DNA of 64,000 nucleotides from a virus (Duplodnaviria; Heunggongvirae; Uroviricota; Caudoviricetes): IMG/VR virus record IMGVR_UViG_3300037067_007156, positions 397,519 to 461,518 of that record; one strand, 5' to 3'. Shown piece by piece: positions 9,679 to 22,464 of this stretch (position 1 is its first letter; each line of letters starts with the position of its first letter). The notes under the pieces were generated by a model. It saw only the letters and a program-made list of their open reading frames with translations, ran no database searches and was not told where the DNA came from. The position numbers and the translations under genes were made by a program.

Positions 9679-10062
9679 CTACATGTGTTTGAAAACATCT
9701 TTAAATATTTCCGTTAGTCTTTTTACACTTTCTTCGGCTTTTTTTGTCCTTAATTTTTGTAACTCAATCTTTTTCAATCTTCGTTTTTCAACTGCCTTTT
9801 CGGAATGATAATATTTGCGTTTCTTTTCATTTTTTATTTCTTTATCTTTTAATGCTTTTTCCTCTTCTTGTTTTTGCTTGATATATTCGTCAGCTCGTAA
9901 ATCTTCTTGTATTCCACCACAAACTTTACACAAAGTATAATCTATTTGTGTAAATTGATTATAAGGCATAGTGCAATTATCGCATACAAATTCACCACAA
10001 TTTCTACATTCGTAATCGGTTTCTGAACCGCATATATGACATTTTCCCATAATAAAAGCCAA
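9679..10062 (-). CDS. Zinc-finger protein with basic coiled tail
   Basis: Four CxxC pairs (CHIC, CRNC, CDNC, CKVC). Confidence 0.7.
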   Translation of the reverse strand: MAFIMGKCHICGSETDYECRNCGEFVCDNCTMPYNQFTQIDYTLCKVCGGIQEDLRADEYIKQKQEEEKALKDKEIKNEKKRKYYHSEKAVEKRRLKKIELQKLRTKKAEESVKRLTEIFKDVFKHM

Positions 10063-10140
10063 TTACTAACACAGGTAAAAACTTTTAATCACTCCAAATA
10101 TATTAATAATTATTAGAATTTATTGAAAAACTTTATTAAA

Positions 10141-12120
10141 TTAACGTAAATATAATTTATCAATCTTTTCGTTTAGTTCTGCAAACTTACTTATCATATA
10201 AGCAAACATGGTATGGGTTCCAAAGTCGGTAAAATCTTCATGTACGTTTGAATCATCGCTCATAAAACGTTTATGAGCTGGTGCAGAATTATCTCTATAT
10301 TTATACCACAGGTTGCCATAACTATTAAAATTAAATTCTATTAATTCATAATTTTCTTCAAGAATTTCAGTTTTTAAATAGTTTTCGATTATTTTTTCAA
10401 AATTTTTCATAATAAAATATTTTTATTTTAACAATTTTTCTTTTCTATTTCAGCTAAATCAAGTCCAATATTACAAGATGATATCTGATAATTCAATATT
10501 TCGATGCGTTTTTTTGTTCTTAAAATATAGGCATTTAAAGCTTCTTCTTTAGATGGATATGCATATCTTTTCTTAGATGTTTTCGATACCCATTTGAATT
10601 TACAATTTATAAAACCAATCCAATAACCTTTTGGTGTTTCTTCAATTAAATCAAAGGTTCTAAGCTCCAAGCTGGGATTTGGAATTTTGGAACGAGTGTA
10701 TTCACCGTCCCATCCAATAGACGCATATTCAACTGTTTCATATCGATAAAAATTCATCATTTAATAAATTGTAATTTTTTATTTAGTTCGGCCTGTTTTT
10801 CATCAGGTGCGATAAAATTGGTTTTAATAAAATTTTTTAATACTGCACATTTTTCATATTCTTCTTTTTGTAAAAAATATTCGAAAAGCCATTGTAATTC
10901 TAAGCGTTTCCAGACACAATCATGGTCTAATAAATAACAGCACGTTTCAATACCTTTTTCTATAAGTTGATTGTAGAAATCCTCATGTGTTTGGAATGTT
11001 TCGCTTATATTTTTTATGTTTTGGTTCATATTAACAAAAAATTTCTTTAATCATTTTCCCTATAAAAGTTTTTTTATACTGTTCCTGTTTCCAAATATAT
11101 AAAATTTCATCATCAGTTAATGCATAAATACCACCTCTATTGGGTAAATATTTATGAACATAACCCACCCAACTGTCATCCATATTTTCTAAATTTTGGA
11201 TTGGTAAATCGTCCCACCAGTTTAATGCAATGTTTTTATTAGTTTTCATATATCTTTTTTACTTTATATCTGGGTGAATTTCTTGTATTTTTCTCTCCTT
11301 ATCATTCTTTTATATTCATCTTTTAATATGTCAAATACAAAACTATCTGCTAAATATTGTCCATATACTGATATATTTTCTGAAATTGAGTAAGATAAGA
11401 AAACTATAATATCTTGTATGTATATATCAACACCCAATACACCAATAGGTGAATATTCGTTGGGTTGTGTACGATACTTTTTTTCACTAAATATTTTAAC
11501 ATCAGTTCCACCAAACGAATTTTTCATCAGTTCAACTGCATTGTATACAACTGGTGATATTTCCATATTATTTTTCAATTTCATTTCACCAAATTTTTAA
11601 ATGAAAATATTTATGATATATTTTTATTTTTTATAAATTTTAAGATATTATCTTGAATATCAGTTAATTCATCTAAAACATATTGTAAAAATTCTACATC
11701 TTCATCCATTTCTGATTTAGATAATGTTTCACATTTAATAAGAAGTTCTTTTAATTGTTGTTCAAGTTCAAGTTGTTTTGGGTTTTTCATATTTCTTTGT
11801 TTATTATTAAATAAATAACCATATTTTTTAATAAAAGCATCAAAATATTTTTTATTATCAATAACAAACCAGAAGTCATCTCCTTCCACATCAGAACATT
11901 TATCATTAAAGTCTTTTTCAATTCGTTGAATAACTTCTATGAATTGTTTAACAGTGGTTGTACTTTGAATTTGCATCACTAAAATATTATCAATAAAAAT
12001 TTCAGTCCAATCTGTATTATCAGAGTTAGAGAAATCCCAAGTACATTCTATACCATTTTCTTTACAGAATGCCAACACAGGGAATGATTTTCCACCGTTT
12101 AATAAGTAATTTGAATCCAT
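10141..12120 (-). CDS. Run of six small hypothetical genes (10141..10410, 10428..10760, 10757..11029, 11031..11249, 11264..11584, 11611..12120)
   Basis: Tightly packed co-oriented ORFs; TAnnTTTG box at 12138..12145 heads the run; 10757..11029 has a UvrB/C-like EEYEKCAVLK motif; 11264..11584 ends IRREKYKKF. Confidence 0.7.
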
Positions 12121-12315
12121 GAAAATTAATTTTTATCCAAAGTTAATATTTTTATATTATTCCTTCGCCTCTTAATCGAAGAAATTTATATCTTTTTTCA
12201 TCACCTTCATTTTCATAACCCCAAGTCAATACATATTCAAGGGTTATTATTTCATCCCATTCTTTTTCAGTACCTTCCCACCCAAATTTTCTTAAAAAAT
12301 TTAACCGTGACTTTC

Positions 12316-12675
12316 TCATTTTTCTAAAAATATTTCTTCAATTTTTTTCTTTCTTAACTGGTATGGTATGTTTATTATTTCTGATGAACATCCAAAAAAT
12401 GATAATTTTTTATAATCTTTAACCCACGCTTCAATAGTGTACTTGATGGTTTTATCTATTTTATAATTATTATAGAAAAAAATATTTAAGATAAATCTGG
12501 ATGAAATAATGTAAACATAAGCATCATTTTCGGATTCTATTATTTTCTTCAATTCACCAGCAACCAATATTTTATTTTTCAACTCGGTAAATAATTCTTC
12601 AATTTTATTAACAATTAGATTTAAGTCGGTCTCAGATACTTCTTTTTTATAATTACTTGATTGATGAAATTCCAT
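12316..12675 (-). CDS. Hypothetical protein with C-terminal tag LRKKKIEEIF
   Basis: ORF track. Confidence 0.75.
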   Translation of the reverse strand: MEFHQSSNYKKEVSETDLNLIVNKIEELFTELKNKILVAGELKKIIESENDAYVYIISSRFILNIFFYNNYKIDKTIKYTIEAWVKDYKKLSFFGCSSEIINIPYQLRKKKIEEIFLEK

Positions 12676-12718
12676 GATTACGAACTTATATAGGTTTTTT
12701 GCTTATTTCATTTTTTAA

Positions 12719-13033
12719 TTATAAATCGTTTGTTTTATAATCTGAAAGAATTCCACAAATTACATTTTTACCGATTGATGCTCTATTAATATACTTTGCA
12801 TTCAACATGTATTTTTCGGTCATGTATTCATTAAACGCCATTATTTGATAATTTAGAAATTCAAAAATTCTAATTCTATTTTTAAAAATATCAAGAGTAA
12901 AATCATTTTTTATTATATAATTATCTAACTCATATTTGATATAATTTTGTATATCCATTTCAGATTTTTTAATACATTCTTCCGCTATTATATAAGCTAA
13001 TTCTTTCTCTTTACTATAAAGTTCTACGTCCAT
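12719..13033 (-). CDS. Hypothetical protein, tandem paralog of 13048..13389
   Basis: EKELAYIIAEECI..DIQNYIK vs EKRAFEVAECCL..DISTYIK. Confidence 0.75.
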   Translation of the reverse strand: MDVELYSKEKELAYIIAEECIKKSEMDIQNYIKYELDNYIIKNDFTLDIFKNRIRIFEFLNYQIMAFNEYMTEKYMLNAKYINRASIGKNVICGILSDYKTNDL

Positions 13034-13047
13034 TTTATTATTTTTAA

Positions 13048-13389
13048 TTAATTTTTTAACGGTTCTAATATTAACCCATCTTTTTGATATTCTGTTATAA
13101 TATCATCAACACATTTTCGAATTATTTTTATTTTTTCCAGATTCTTATCATTTAACATTAATTCTCCACATAGTGAAGAAAACAACTCTGATTTTTCTTT
13201 AATATTTTTTAAGTAACAATTTATCCGATATCTGTCTTCTAATTTAGACAATAATAATTCATTATCTCTAATAATAGTGTTTAAGGTTGATTTAATATAA
13301 GTTGATATATCACCGTAATATATAGTTAAACAGCACTCTGCTACTTCAAACGCCCTTTTTTCATCGCTTATGTTTTTCGAAAATTCCAT
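13048..13389 (-). CDS. Hypothetical protein, tandem paralog of 12719..13033
   Basis: See paralog. Confidence 0.75.
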   Translation of the reverse strand: MEFSKNISDEKRAFEVAECCLTIYYGDISTYIKSTLNTIIRDNELLLSKLEDRYRINCYLKNIKEKSELFSSLCGELMLNDKNLEKIKIIRKCVDDIITEYQKDGLILEPLKN

Positions 13390-13575
13390 AGTTTTTATTT
13401 TTATTTTTGTGGATTATAATATCTTGCTATGTATATAGCATAATCACCTTCACCATCTTTACTTAAAGAGTTAGCAAATTCATAATCTGAGGTAACTAAC
13501 ATTTGACCGTTTGTCCTATGATGTAACACATAACATAGAATCCCTTTAACTTCTTCTGTATCCATTTTTATATTT

Positions 13576-14469
13576 TTATTCTTGATATTTCAAATAAGTT
13601 TCCAATAAAAATGCCCCACAACTACTCCCAATATCACTTGCAGGGGGTATATAATATTCATGTGAAATATTATTAATATCCAAATGTTTTCTGAATATTT
13701 TTAATTTATCTTTATTAGATGCATGATAATTCATCGATTCCTTTTCATTATAATGTAAAAATTTTACATTAATATCTTTTCCTTTTAAGAAGGAACTAAG
13801 TAATATAGCGTCCTGTTCCGTATCATTGACACCTTCAATTAAAGTATAATGTATTTCGACAGCATTACCAGTAATTTTTTTATAAAAATCAACTGCTGAA
13901 ATAGAAGGGATAATATCCAGAGCTACTGGCATCCATTCTTTTCTTATTAAATCGAAAGTATAATGTAAAGATAGATGTAATTTGACAGGTAAATTGTGTT
14001 CTTTTATTTTAGATGTTAATTGAAAAAAGTTTTCCCATTTACTTTTTGGAATACAGGTAGCGATAGCATATCTGACGTATGGCACATTCCATTCATTTTC
14101 TGCTTCTTTTTTAAAACGAACCATCATATCAATTAAATTATCAACATTAAAAAGTGGTTCACCACAACCCATAACTGATATCAATAATGTTCTTTGATTT
14201 TCGGTTAGATTTAAATCTTTTACAATATATTCCAGTGGGTAATGTAATTCAAAAGATGATAAATTTCTACATTTAATTTTACCAATATATTCTGTTGTAT
14301 GACAAAATTTACATCCGAGGTTACACATTGTTTGAGAAGGAATACATATAATATCTTTACCGTCATCTTTGTTAATATAGGTGAACTCGACTATTTTACT
14401 ATCTTCGGTTTTGAAGATATATTTCAACGCATTGTCTGTTTTAGATTCGACTTTATCTAAATATTTCAT
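13576..14469 (-). CDS. RlmN/Cfr-family radical SAM RNA methyltransferase-like protein (likely start MKYLDK)
   Basis: ICIPSQTMCNLGCKFC (CxxxCxxC plus upstream Cys), MGCGEP, SLH and DIGSSCG, equivalent to RlmN LCVSSQ, MGMGEP and DI.AACG. Confidence 0.85.
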   Translation of the reverse strand: MKYLDKVESKTDNALKYIFKTEDSKIVEFTYINKDDGKDIICIPSQTMCNLGCKFCHTTEYIGKIKCRNLSSFELHYPLEYIVKDLNLTENQRTLLISVMGCGEPLFNVDNLIDMMVRFKKEAENEWNVPYVRYAIATCIPKSKWENFFQLTSKIKEHNLPVKLHLSLHYTFDLIRKEWMPVALDIIPSISAVDFYKKITGNAVEIHYTLIEGVNDTEQDAILLSSFLKGKDINVKFLHYNEKESMNYHASNKDKLKIFRKHLDINNISHEYYIPPASDIGSSCGAFLLETYLKYQE

Positions 14470-14535
14470 AAAATAAAAAGGTTTCCTATTATATATCAAA
14501 CAGGAAACCTTTTGTTTTAAAAAATTAAAATATTA

Positions 14536-15459
14536 TTATTCGGTTGGTTTACCATCAAATTTTTCTTTACTCGCTTCGGCATCTTTTTTTGTTTTAAATA
14601 TAATACCATCTTTGTGATGGGGTGGTGAATATAAAGTATATAATTTTAAAGGTTCTTTCCCAGTATTTATAATATTATGTTCTGACCCAGCAGGAACAAT
14701 GACACAATCACCGTTTTTTAAATTATATTCATTTCCATTAATAATACATTTACCATTACCCGCATCAACTCTAAAAAATTGGTCAATATCAGGGTGTGTT
14801 TCCAAACCGATTTCTTCATCAGGTTTTAAAGACATCAATACGAGTTGTGTGTGTTCTCCTGTATATAAAACTTTTCTAAAATTGTTATTATCTGTGGTAG
14901 CCTTTTCTATATTTACATGATATCCTTTTTTATCGGATTTTTTATTTTCACCTTCACGTAGGTGAGAGCGTGATATACTATAAATATATTCTTCAACTTC
15001 ATGATTATCTAATTTAAGTTCATCTGATAATTTATGAATATCATCGTCTTCAAAATCACCTTTATATTTTTCAATAAAATTTTTAATTTTAGTTTTTTGT
15101 TCTGAGGTAAAATTCGATTCTTCTTCATTTACAGATTCTTTAACTATTTCAGTTTTAACTGCATCTAAGAAATTTTTAGCAGTGTCTTCCATACTTAAAG
15201 TATTGTTTTCACCATATTTTTTAAGAAAATTTGTTGAAATTTTTGTTGGAACATCTTTTATTTCTCTTGTTTTAGAAATAAATTCTTCAACAGTTTTCAC
15301 TTTTTTAGCTATATCTCTGAACATACCCAGACCATCTGGGTCTTTCTTAACATATTTTATTGTTCCGAATTTTTTATATTCTTCGTCTGTTATACTTTCA
15401 AATAGACTTCTACCATTCAAGCCTTCAACAAAATCAGAATAACTTTTATTAATTTTCAT
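14536..15459 (-). CDS. Multi-segment protein with C-terminal cupin domain and N-terminal tag
   Basis: NNNFRKVLYTGEHTQLVLMSL...EIGLETH...DQFF...VPAGSEHNIIN is a Cupin_2 signature; starts MKINKSYSDFVE; TAATATATAA box upstream. Confidence 0.8.
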   Translation of the reverse strand: MKINKSYSDFVEGLNGRSLFESITDEEYKKFGTIKYVKKDPDGLGMFRDIAKKVKTVEEFISKTREIKDVPTKISTNFLKKYGENNTLSMEDTAKNFLDAVKTEIVKESVNEEESNFTSEQKTKIKNFIEKYKGDFEDDDIHKLSDELKLDNHEVEEYIYSISRSHLREGENKKSDKKGYHVNIEKATTDNNNFRKVLYTGEHTQLVLMSLKPDEEIGLETHPDIDQFFRVDAGNGKCIINGNEYNLKNGDCVIVPAGSEHNIINTGKEPLKLYTLYSPPHHKDGIIFKTKKDAEASKEKFDGKPTE

Positions 15460-15574
15460 GGATGATTTTTCTTTTTATATATTAAAAAGAAAAAATCATA
15501 TTTGAAATATTACTTATTTAAAGTGAACGAAGTTAGCTTTCCGTTTAATGAAAATTGGATTTCGATATATGGTA

Positions 15575-16144
15575 TCATTTTTTAATTTTCTCATCAAATA
15601 TTGAAACAAATTTTTTTCTTAACAAATCCAATGTTAACCCTTCACGTGTAGATGAATAACAATCATCACCATGATTTAAAAGTAGACTAAAAATTGTTTC
15701 TGCATAATAAGGTTTTAATTTATTGTATATATGCTCATAGTGGGTATATTTACCATCAAAATGTGTTCTCAAGTTATCTAAGTAATCAGTAATAATATCT
15801 GAAGGCCATTTGATATTCAGTTTATATTTTTTCCATTGATGCCCACAGTTTGAACAATGATTAATTTCTTGCGTGTCTATTTTAGAATTACCATGAACAC
15901 TTCCATAACCCAGAGAAAAAGAACCACTAACCTTCCCTTTACCTATTACTTGGGCAATTTTATCTACAATCTGTTTACTACCACATCTTGGACAAGTTGA
16001 ATCTTTTTCGTTTTGAATATCGACTTCTGTACGATTATGCACATCTTTATCATTTTCAGCCATTTTAGAAATTTCATCTAACTGTTTGTTTATTAATGTT
16101 TTTTGAGCACCATTTAGTATATTGAAATATTTTTTAAGATTCAT
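15575..16144 (-). CDS. Zinc-ribbon protein
   Basis: CPRCGS and CSNCGHQW. Confidence 0.7.
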   Translation of the reverse strand: MNLKKYFNILNGAQKTLINKQLDEISKMAENDKDVHNRTEVDIQNEKDSTCPRCGSKQIVDKIAQVIGKGKVSGSFSLGYGSVHGNSKIDTQEINHCSNCGHQWKKYKLNIKWPSDIITDYLDNLRTHFDGKYTHYEHIYNKLKPYYAETIFSLLLNHGDDCYSSTREGLTLDLLRKKFVSIFDEKIKK

Positions 16145-16146
16145 AA

Positions 16147-19100
16147 TTATAATTTTTTACCACAAAACGGACAATAATCAATAATAACATATGATGAGCT
16201 ACCATCGTGTATAATTAATCCAAAAATATCATTTGGAGAATGATAGATAAGATTATCAGGGCAATCGAACGGACTTTCATGAATTTCACATTTATACTCA
16301 ACATGACTTTTCATTTGTTCACAACAGTATTTCATATCATTTAAATATTTTTGGGTTATCACCAAGCAGCTCTACGCCATTTATCGATAGCTTCACCTAT
16401 CCAATGACCATTACCAAGACTATTACCTTTTTTATTAATATAAACATTTCCACCACCAAACACATATATTCTACCTGTGCTTTTATATTGTTTGGTTTTT
16501 TCTTTTACACCAATTTTTTTTTCCAACCAATTCGGTTCAAATTTCACTACATAAACCGAATAGTTTTTATCATCTCTTTTTATATTTTTTATTTTCATGA
16601 TACTAATTTTTTCCAAGCATTATATCAAACTGTTCCAGACATATTGTTATTAAATCAGCATCTTTTTGACTGAGTTCTCCACCTGTTTGTAATTTATATT
16701 TTTCGACTATCGTTTCAATAAGGTCGTTAGTATGTATATTTTTAATATATTCAAATATAGCATTAGTTTGTTCATCACATAATGACACAACATTTTCTTT
16801 ATGCGCAATATTCCAAATTATTTTAAAAATATCTTCTCTTGTTATTTTTTCCATTATTCTATATAATTATGTTTTATTTCACAAATCAAAACGTTTGGGA
16901 ATTCATATATACCACATACATCAGTAGCTTCTTCAAAAGTATCATATAATTTTATTTTACCTTGTTCATCTTTCATATAATCACTGAAGGCGAGGTCTTT
17001 TATTATAAAGAATTTACCTATTACATTTTCAAAAGATGTTTCCGATTCAGATAATAAATTTTTCAAGATATCTTTTGCTACGGGTTTTAAGTTTTCATTC
17101 ATATCATTCCTTGTATAATTCTGGAAATTCTGCTTTATCTTGTGTAATCCACGCTTCTTGCTCTGGATTACTACCGCAATCTTTAACTTTAGCAAATATA
17201 AATAAGCTAAATACTAACAGGACAATTCCAATCATTAAATCTTCCACTGATTTATTATTTGAAAAAATCTATAATATCTTTCACGGTCATATTTTCAAAT
17301 TGACTTATTTTTTCTCTCTTTATATGTTCGATGACAAATTCTATAATGTCATCACCATTCACGTCAAGTTCGCCTTTACCTGTTACAATGGTAATATCAC
17401 CGGACATATCCGAATTGTGGATAAATATAGTATTATTTTTACAGTTAGTGGTATATGACATATTTTTATTTTAAACGTTCATTCCATAAATTACTGGCTT
17501 TCATAACCATTTCTTGTGCCATATGATGTCCATTACCAACAAGACGTTTACCATCCGTTAATAGACCGCCCTCACCGATAGTTTCATAAAAAATAATCGT
17601 AGCGTCATAAACAGCTTGTTCTAAAGCGTGTCTGGCTTTTTCAGAATCCATCAATTTACGGATTTTAATTTCAACTTTATAAAAATCTTGTTCCATTTTC
17701 ATTTTTATTTGTTTATTTTACCAACCTTCTTCAATTTTAATACTTCTGGCTTCTTCTTTACCAGATTTACCAAATTGTTCCAGTACATTAACAGTTATTT
17801 TAGAATCTACATCAGCATCTTGCATGAAATTACGAAAATAATTATAAATACCTTCTTCGGTTAATGTTTTATTATCAAACTCAGAAATTAAATTACTAAG
17901 GTCAGAAACCAAACAATTTTCTATTTCTTTTTGTGTTTTTTTCATTAGTAACACCAATTATTTAAACATTCTTCAATATTGTTGTCTATTTGCACAAGAG
18001 TATCTATGTCTTGATTACCATGAGGAAAACCCTCATTATTTTCTATTTTGGTTTTCAAATCTTCAAGCTTTTTAAGAATATTTTCCCTAATTAAAGGAAT
18101 GAAATCTTTTCTTTGCTGTTCTTCTTCTGGTGTATAAAAACTCATAATTATAATATAATTGTATGTTCTTTAAGTACAAATTCTCTACAATTTTCACCGT
18201 GACATCTGATAAAATATCCATTATCAAATTCTTCTATAACTTCATATTCACTGTCATTCAATAGGCTGGTCGAGTCAACAACTTTAATATACATTCTAAT
18301 TAAAAATATGTTTGTAATATATAATCAACAACAGGCAATCCAAATATAACAGAACCTTTAAAATGTAAATCAGTTGGAGCATGTGATAATTTTTCGTCCA
18401 TATGATTCCATGCTACAATCAATTTTTTATTTACATCTTTAACATCTTTTTCCAAAATTATAATAAAATCTTTAAATTTATCTTCTGAATTGATAAACAT
18501 ATTATGTTTTTTACACTCATTGGATATTTCATTAATATCTAATTTATAAGATATTAATTTTTCAAGTGTTAAATTTTCACCCAAGTGTTCATATAAATCT
18601 TTAGTTTTTTGTACTACATCATAATCATTATTTTCCATGCTTAATAAATGTTTTTAATTTAATTCATTTAAATTTTTCATTCGTTCGTTGAAAGCGTTCA
18701 TGAATGCTGTAACATCCTCTTCATAGTCGGTATCTGGGTCGTAATATTCTAAATATATGAGGTTATACACTTCTTTAAAAATTTCATCCGAAATTATTTG
18801 GTCATATTTTTCTTTCCATGTTAAAAACACGTGATTGAAAATATCGTTTGCTTTTTTATTCAAACGTTTCAGTTTTTCGGTAACACTCAACATTTCTTCT
18901 GGTATATCATCTAATTTAAAAGCTTTCATAGCTTGACAGATTGCACCAAGAGCATTCCGGTCAACCAATTCATTTATTGTTAAATCGGTTGTTTTTAAAT
19001 AATATGTTAAAAAATCTATTTCATTCATTGGTAAAATATTTTATATATGTTTCATAATAAAAAATTAATAAACAATTGGCATTCCACAACATTTACAATG

Positions 19101-19509
19101 TGAACTCCAACCATTCAATTTACTACTATCACATTTAGTACATTTTGGTAATCCAGTCACCTTTGAAATTTCTTTGGTTATTATTACTTTCTTTGGTTTT
19201 TTATTGTTTCTTTCCATAAAACTATTCTATCACTTTACAATACACGACACCATACATTAGAGTTATTTCTGATTTTAAACAAAGTGCGTCATATTTCCAA
19301 GCACTCATCCTATAAGAACCATGAGAACTGGATATGGTCACATCAGAATATGGTGGAATTTTATAATAAACAATTTTATTATTACCATTTATCAGTTCCA
19401 CTTCAATTTTCCTGACGAGCCATTCTTCATTTTTACACTTTTTACATTCTGAACATGAAGTAAAAACAAAAAATGTTATTAATGTTAACAAGAATATTTT
19501 TATTTTCAT
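16147..19509 (-). CDS. Run of about eleven small hypothetical genes (16147..16365, 16359..16616, 16603..16854, 16854..17102, 17255..17461, 17466..17702, 17718..17945, 17945..18145, 18300..18638, 18654..19028, 19222..19509)
   Basis: Co-oriented, abutting ORFs below a TAnnTTTG box at 19527..19534; 16147..16365 is Cys-rich (YCPFCG); 19222..19509 has a lipoprotein-like signal (FTSC). Confidence 0.65.
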
Positions 19510-19608
19510 ATATTTTATATTTACTACAAATTTATTAATATTTTTTAATTAATTAACAATTTAATATTATTTTTGTATATCAAAATAATATTTTTTAAAT
19601 TTAAAAAT

Positions 19609-19782
19609 ATGAAAGTTACCGAAAAACAATTGCTTATTATGTTTCGAGTTCTTGAAGGTTCATTAAAAATTGCCGATAGAAGCGACATGAATTTATTTGG
19701 TTACAGCTCAGAAACCAGAAAAGAAATTTTTTATCAAATAGTTAATCAACAATCTGAAGAAATGAAAGATATCAAAGAATAA
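19609..19782 (+). CDS. Small hypothetical protein (start MKVTEKQ)
   Basis: ORF track; TATTTTTG box at 19568..19575. Confidence 0.6.
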   Translation: MKVTEKQLLIMFRVLEGSLKIADRSDMNLFGYSSETRKEIFYQIVNQQSEEMKDIKE

Positions 19783-19783
19783 T

Positions 19784-20500
19784 ATGACTGTTCTTAAATC
19801 AATATCCAAAAAGAAATTAAAAACTATGCCAAAGTGGAAAACTGAAGCATTATTAGTTAATTCAATAAAAAATGGTTCATTAAAAAATATAAAATTAGCA
19901 TTGAATTTGGGAATGAACCCTAACATAGCTTTAGAATATGCTATAAAATCAGGCAATTTATCATCAGTTATATACATATTGAAACATGATAAAATCGACA
20001 AACTTCAAGTTGTAATTAGAGCTTGTCTAACAGCAATTATGTCTAATAAATTGGAAATCCTTAAATTTTTAGTGGAAAATGACTGGGTCGGTTTCGATTA
20101 TGAAAATCATTCTTTATTAACAGTTTCTGCCAGAGAAGGTAGAGTGGATATGGTTGATTTTTTGTTAAAAGATTCACATGAAAGATTTTGTCCAGAATTC
20201 GACTATCAACAAGCTATTATGGAATCAGCACGTGTTGGACACTATGAAGTTGTAGAAAGATTATTACAAGAAAAAAATGTTGACCCGACATATAGATTTT
20301 GCAAAGCTATAAGTAATGCAGCTCATTTTGGTCATAAAAAAATTTTCGAATTGTTGTTAAATGATAAAAGAGTATTTAATAGTTTGAGTGAAACCGAAAT
20401 CATTCGATATAAAAAAATATTAAATGATAGTGTAATAAAATTAAGAAAATATAAAATAGAAAAAATGTTTGAAGATATAAATAATCAAGATTCAGAATAA
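19784..20500 (+). CDS. Ankyrin-repeat protein with C-terminal tag LRKYKIEKMF
   Basis: Repeated A...G..E.V..LL units (SAREGRVDMVDFLL, SARVGHYEVVERLL, AAHFGHKKIFELLL). Confidence 0.8.
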   Translation: MTVLKSISKKKLKTMPKWKTEALLVNSIKNGSLKNIKLALNLGMNPNIALEYAIKSGNLSSVIYILKHDKIDKLQVVIRACLTAIMSNKLEILKFLVENDWVGFDYENHSLLTVSAREGRVDMVDFLLKDSHERFCPEFDYQQAIMESARVGHYEVVERLLQEKNVDPTYRFCKAISNAAHFGHKKIFELLLNDKRVFNSLSETEIIRYKKILNDSVIKLRKYKIEKMFEDINNQDSE

Positions 20501-22373
20501 ATATGAAATGGTAAATTATCTATCATTAAATTAGCATCATTTAATTCGTCTACCAACTTTTCTAATCTTTTATGTGTTAGATTTTCAACTTTTATTTCCC
20601 ATCTTTCGAATAAACACCATTCATGTTCAGTACCAATCAATTCAGGATATTTCTTTTTAGAATCATAGTGTTCCATCCAAATTTTTACGCCCTTCAAAGA
20701 TAATTTTTCATTCATATATTTAAGAAGATATTCCAAATATTCTTTTTTCTTTTCTTGTGGAAAATCTTCTTCTACATAAATGTACGTTTCTTGTTTTTCA
20801 CCTTTGGGTACATAACTGTCATCGTAAAAATCATCCCAGATATTAATGAGTATTTTTTCTATTTTTCCCATATTATTGGTATATTATAAACACTGGGATG
20901 TGGTCAAGTTCAAATATCAACATCTCATTATCAGCATAGCCTCTATATACTTGTGATTCACATTTCACGATTTTAGAAATTATTTCACCTGAGAATGAAC
21001 ATTTTTCACCAACAATAAATTCTCGTTCTATATAATTAGCTGTTCTAATTGTTTTAATTTTTTTCATTATATTTTTATGTTTGTTTTAAATTTTTATGAC
21101 AAATTTGACAGTTTTGTTCAAAATGTGCAATACAAAAACTACCCGTTTTTTGATTAGACGGTTTAATCATTTTTACTGGGTTTAAACCAACCACTTCGAT
21201 TTCAAATAATTATTTAAGTGTTAATTATTTACCATAAGCACGACCAAAACCATCTAATATAATCATGATTATAAATTTTATAAAATTAAACCAATATTTT
21301 TACCAGCAAGAGGATTAAACTTAATGACATTACATTTTTCTTCATCCAAGTTAATAGTTGCCATACCAGTTTCTGAATTATAATCAATAATTTCACCAAC
21401 AACTTTATCATCGACTTTCACTTCTAAACCAGACATATTATTTGTAAAACCTTTACTTAATTGAACTGTCATTTTCATAATTTAAATTCTTTACGCATTT
21501 TTTTACCTAAATTTTGTTCATACCTTTCAATACCTTCTTTTTCAACACTTTCGTTTCGAGTAGTTCCGAAAAGATGTGTGAGTAACGATTTAACATATTC
21601 ATCTGATGATATCAAACCAGTATAAACAGTGTGTGACTTGTTTTGTTTTCCGTATTCAGCTGGTCGTCTTGTATCATGAGACCCAGATAATATTAATATT
21701 CTGTCATCAGGTGAAATACCAACAGATAAGGATAAGGCAGAATACCAATATACAAGTCCACTCATATCACTATAAGCGATTATTTTTATAAACCAAATAT
21801 CACCCATCATTGGAAATGCATATTCTAATTCTGGATAGTTTGTGATAGGTTCGTATCCATGTTTTAATGGATTAAATTTATATTTTGACATAATTTACAT
21901 TTTAGTTATCCCAACTATATTTTTTTCTTCATCTGTTATGAAATGACAAGCGACAATTCTAAATTTAATTTTTGTCCACTCTACAATTAATGGTTTAATT
22001 AATATTATCCTCCATAATATTCTTATAGTTGATAATCCGAATATTGAATCAAAATCATTCCACCATTTATTATTAACACCAAAACGTTTTGTTCTTAATA
22101 ACAAATGTAGAAATATTTTCCAATTTTTCTTATAATATTTTAATGAATATGTATTTATTTTCATTTGTTAGATGACTACATTTCGAAATTATTATTGTGG
22201 TTTATGCACCCAAAGCCTTTATGAACTTTGAGAACACCTTTAGCACCACCCAAAATTCCAAATGTAACAACCCAATCTGGCATAGGTCGAAACTCTTCAT
22301 TATCCATATCACCATATAAATAAGCCATGCAAGTTCTTATATCACCTTCTTTTTGTTGTTGTATTCCAACCAC
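20485..22373 (-). CDS. Run of small hypothetical genes (20485..20871, 20873..21067, 21278..21478, 21475..21891, 21895..22164, 22176..22373)
   Basis: Co-oriented ORFs in the track. Confidence 0.6.
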
Positions 22374-22464
22374 CCCTTGTGCACCCCAGTGTTTACAAGT
22401 GAAACATGTACTACATTGTATATTTTTCTTTGTTTGAATTTATTGTTTTTCATCGAAAATATTT

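Noticed and set aside
21070-21275. Possible ncRNA in this gap
   Set aside because: It reads as a broken minus-strand ORF fragment (…FCIAHFEQNCQICH…) and shows no convincing stems.
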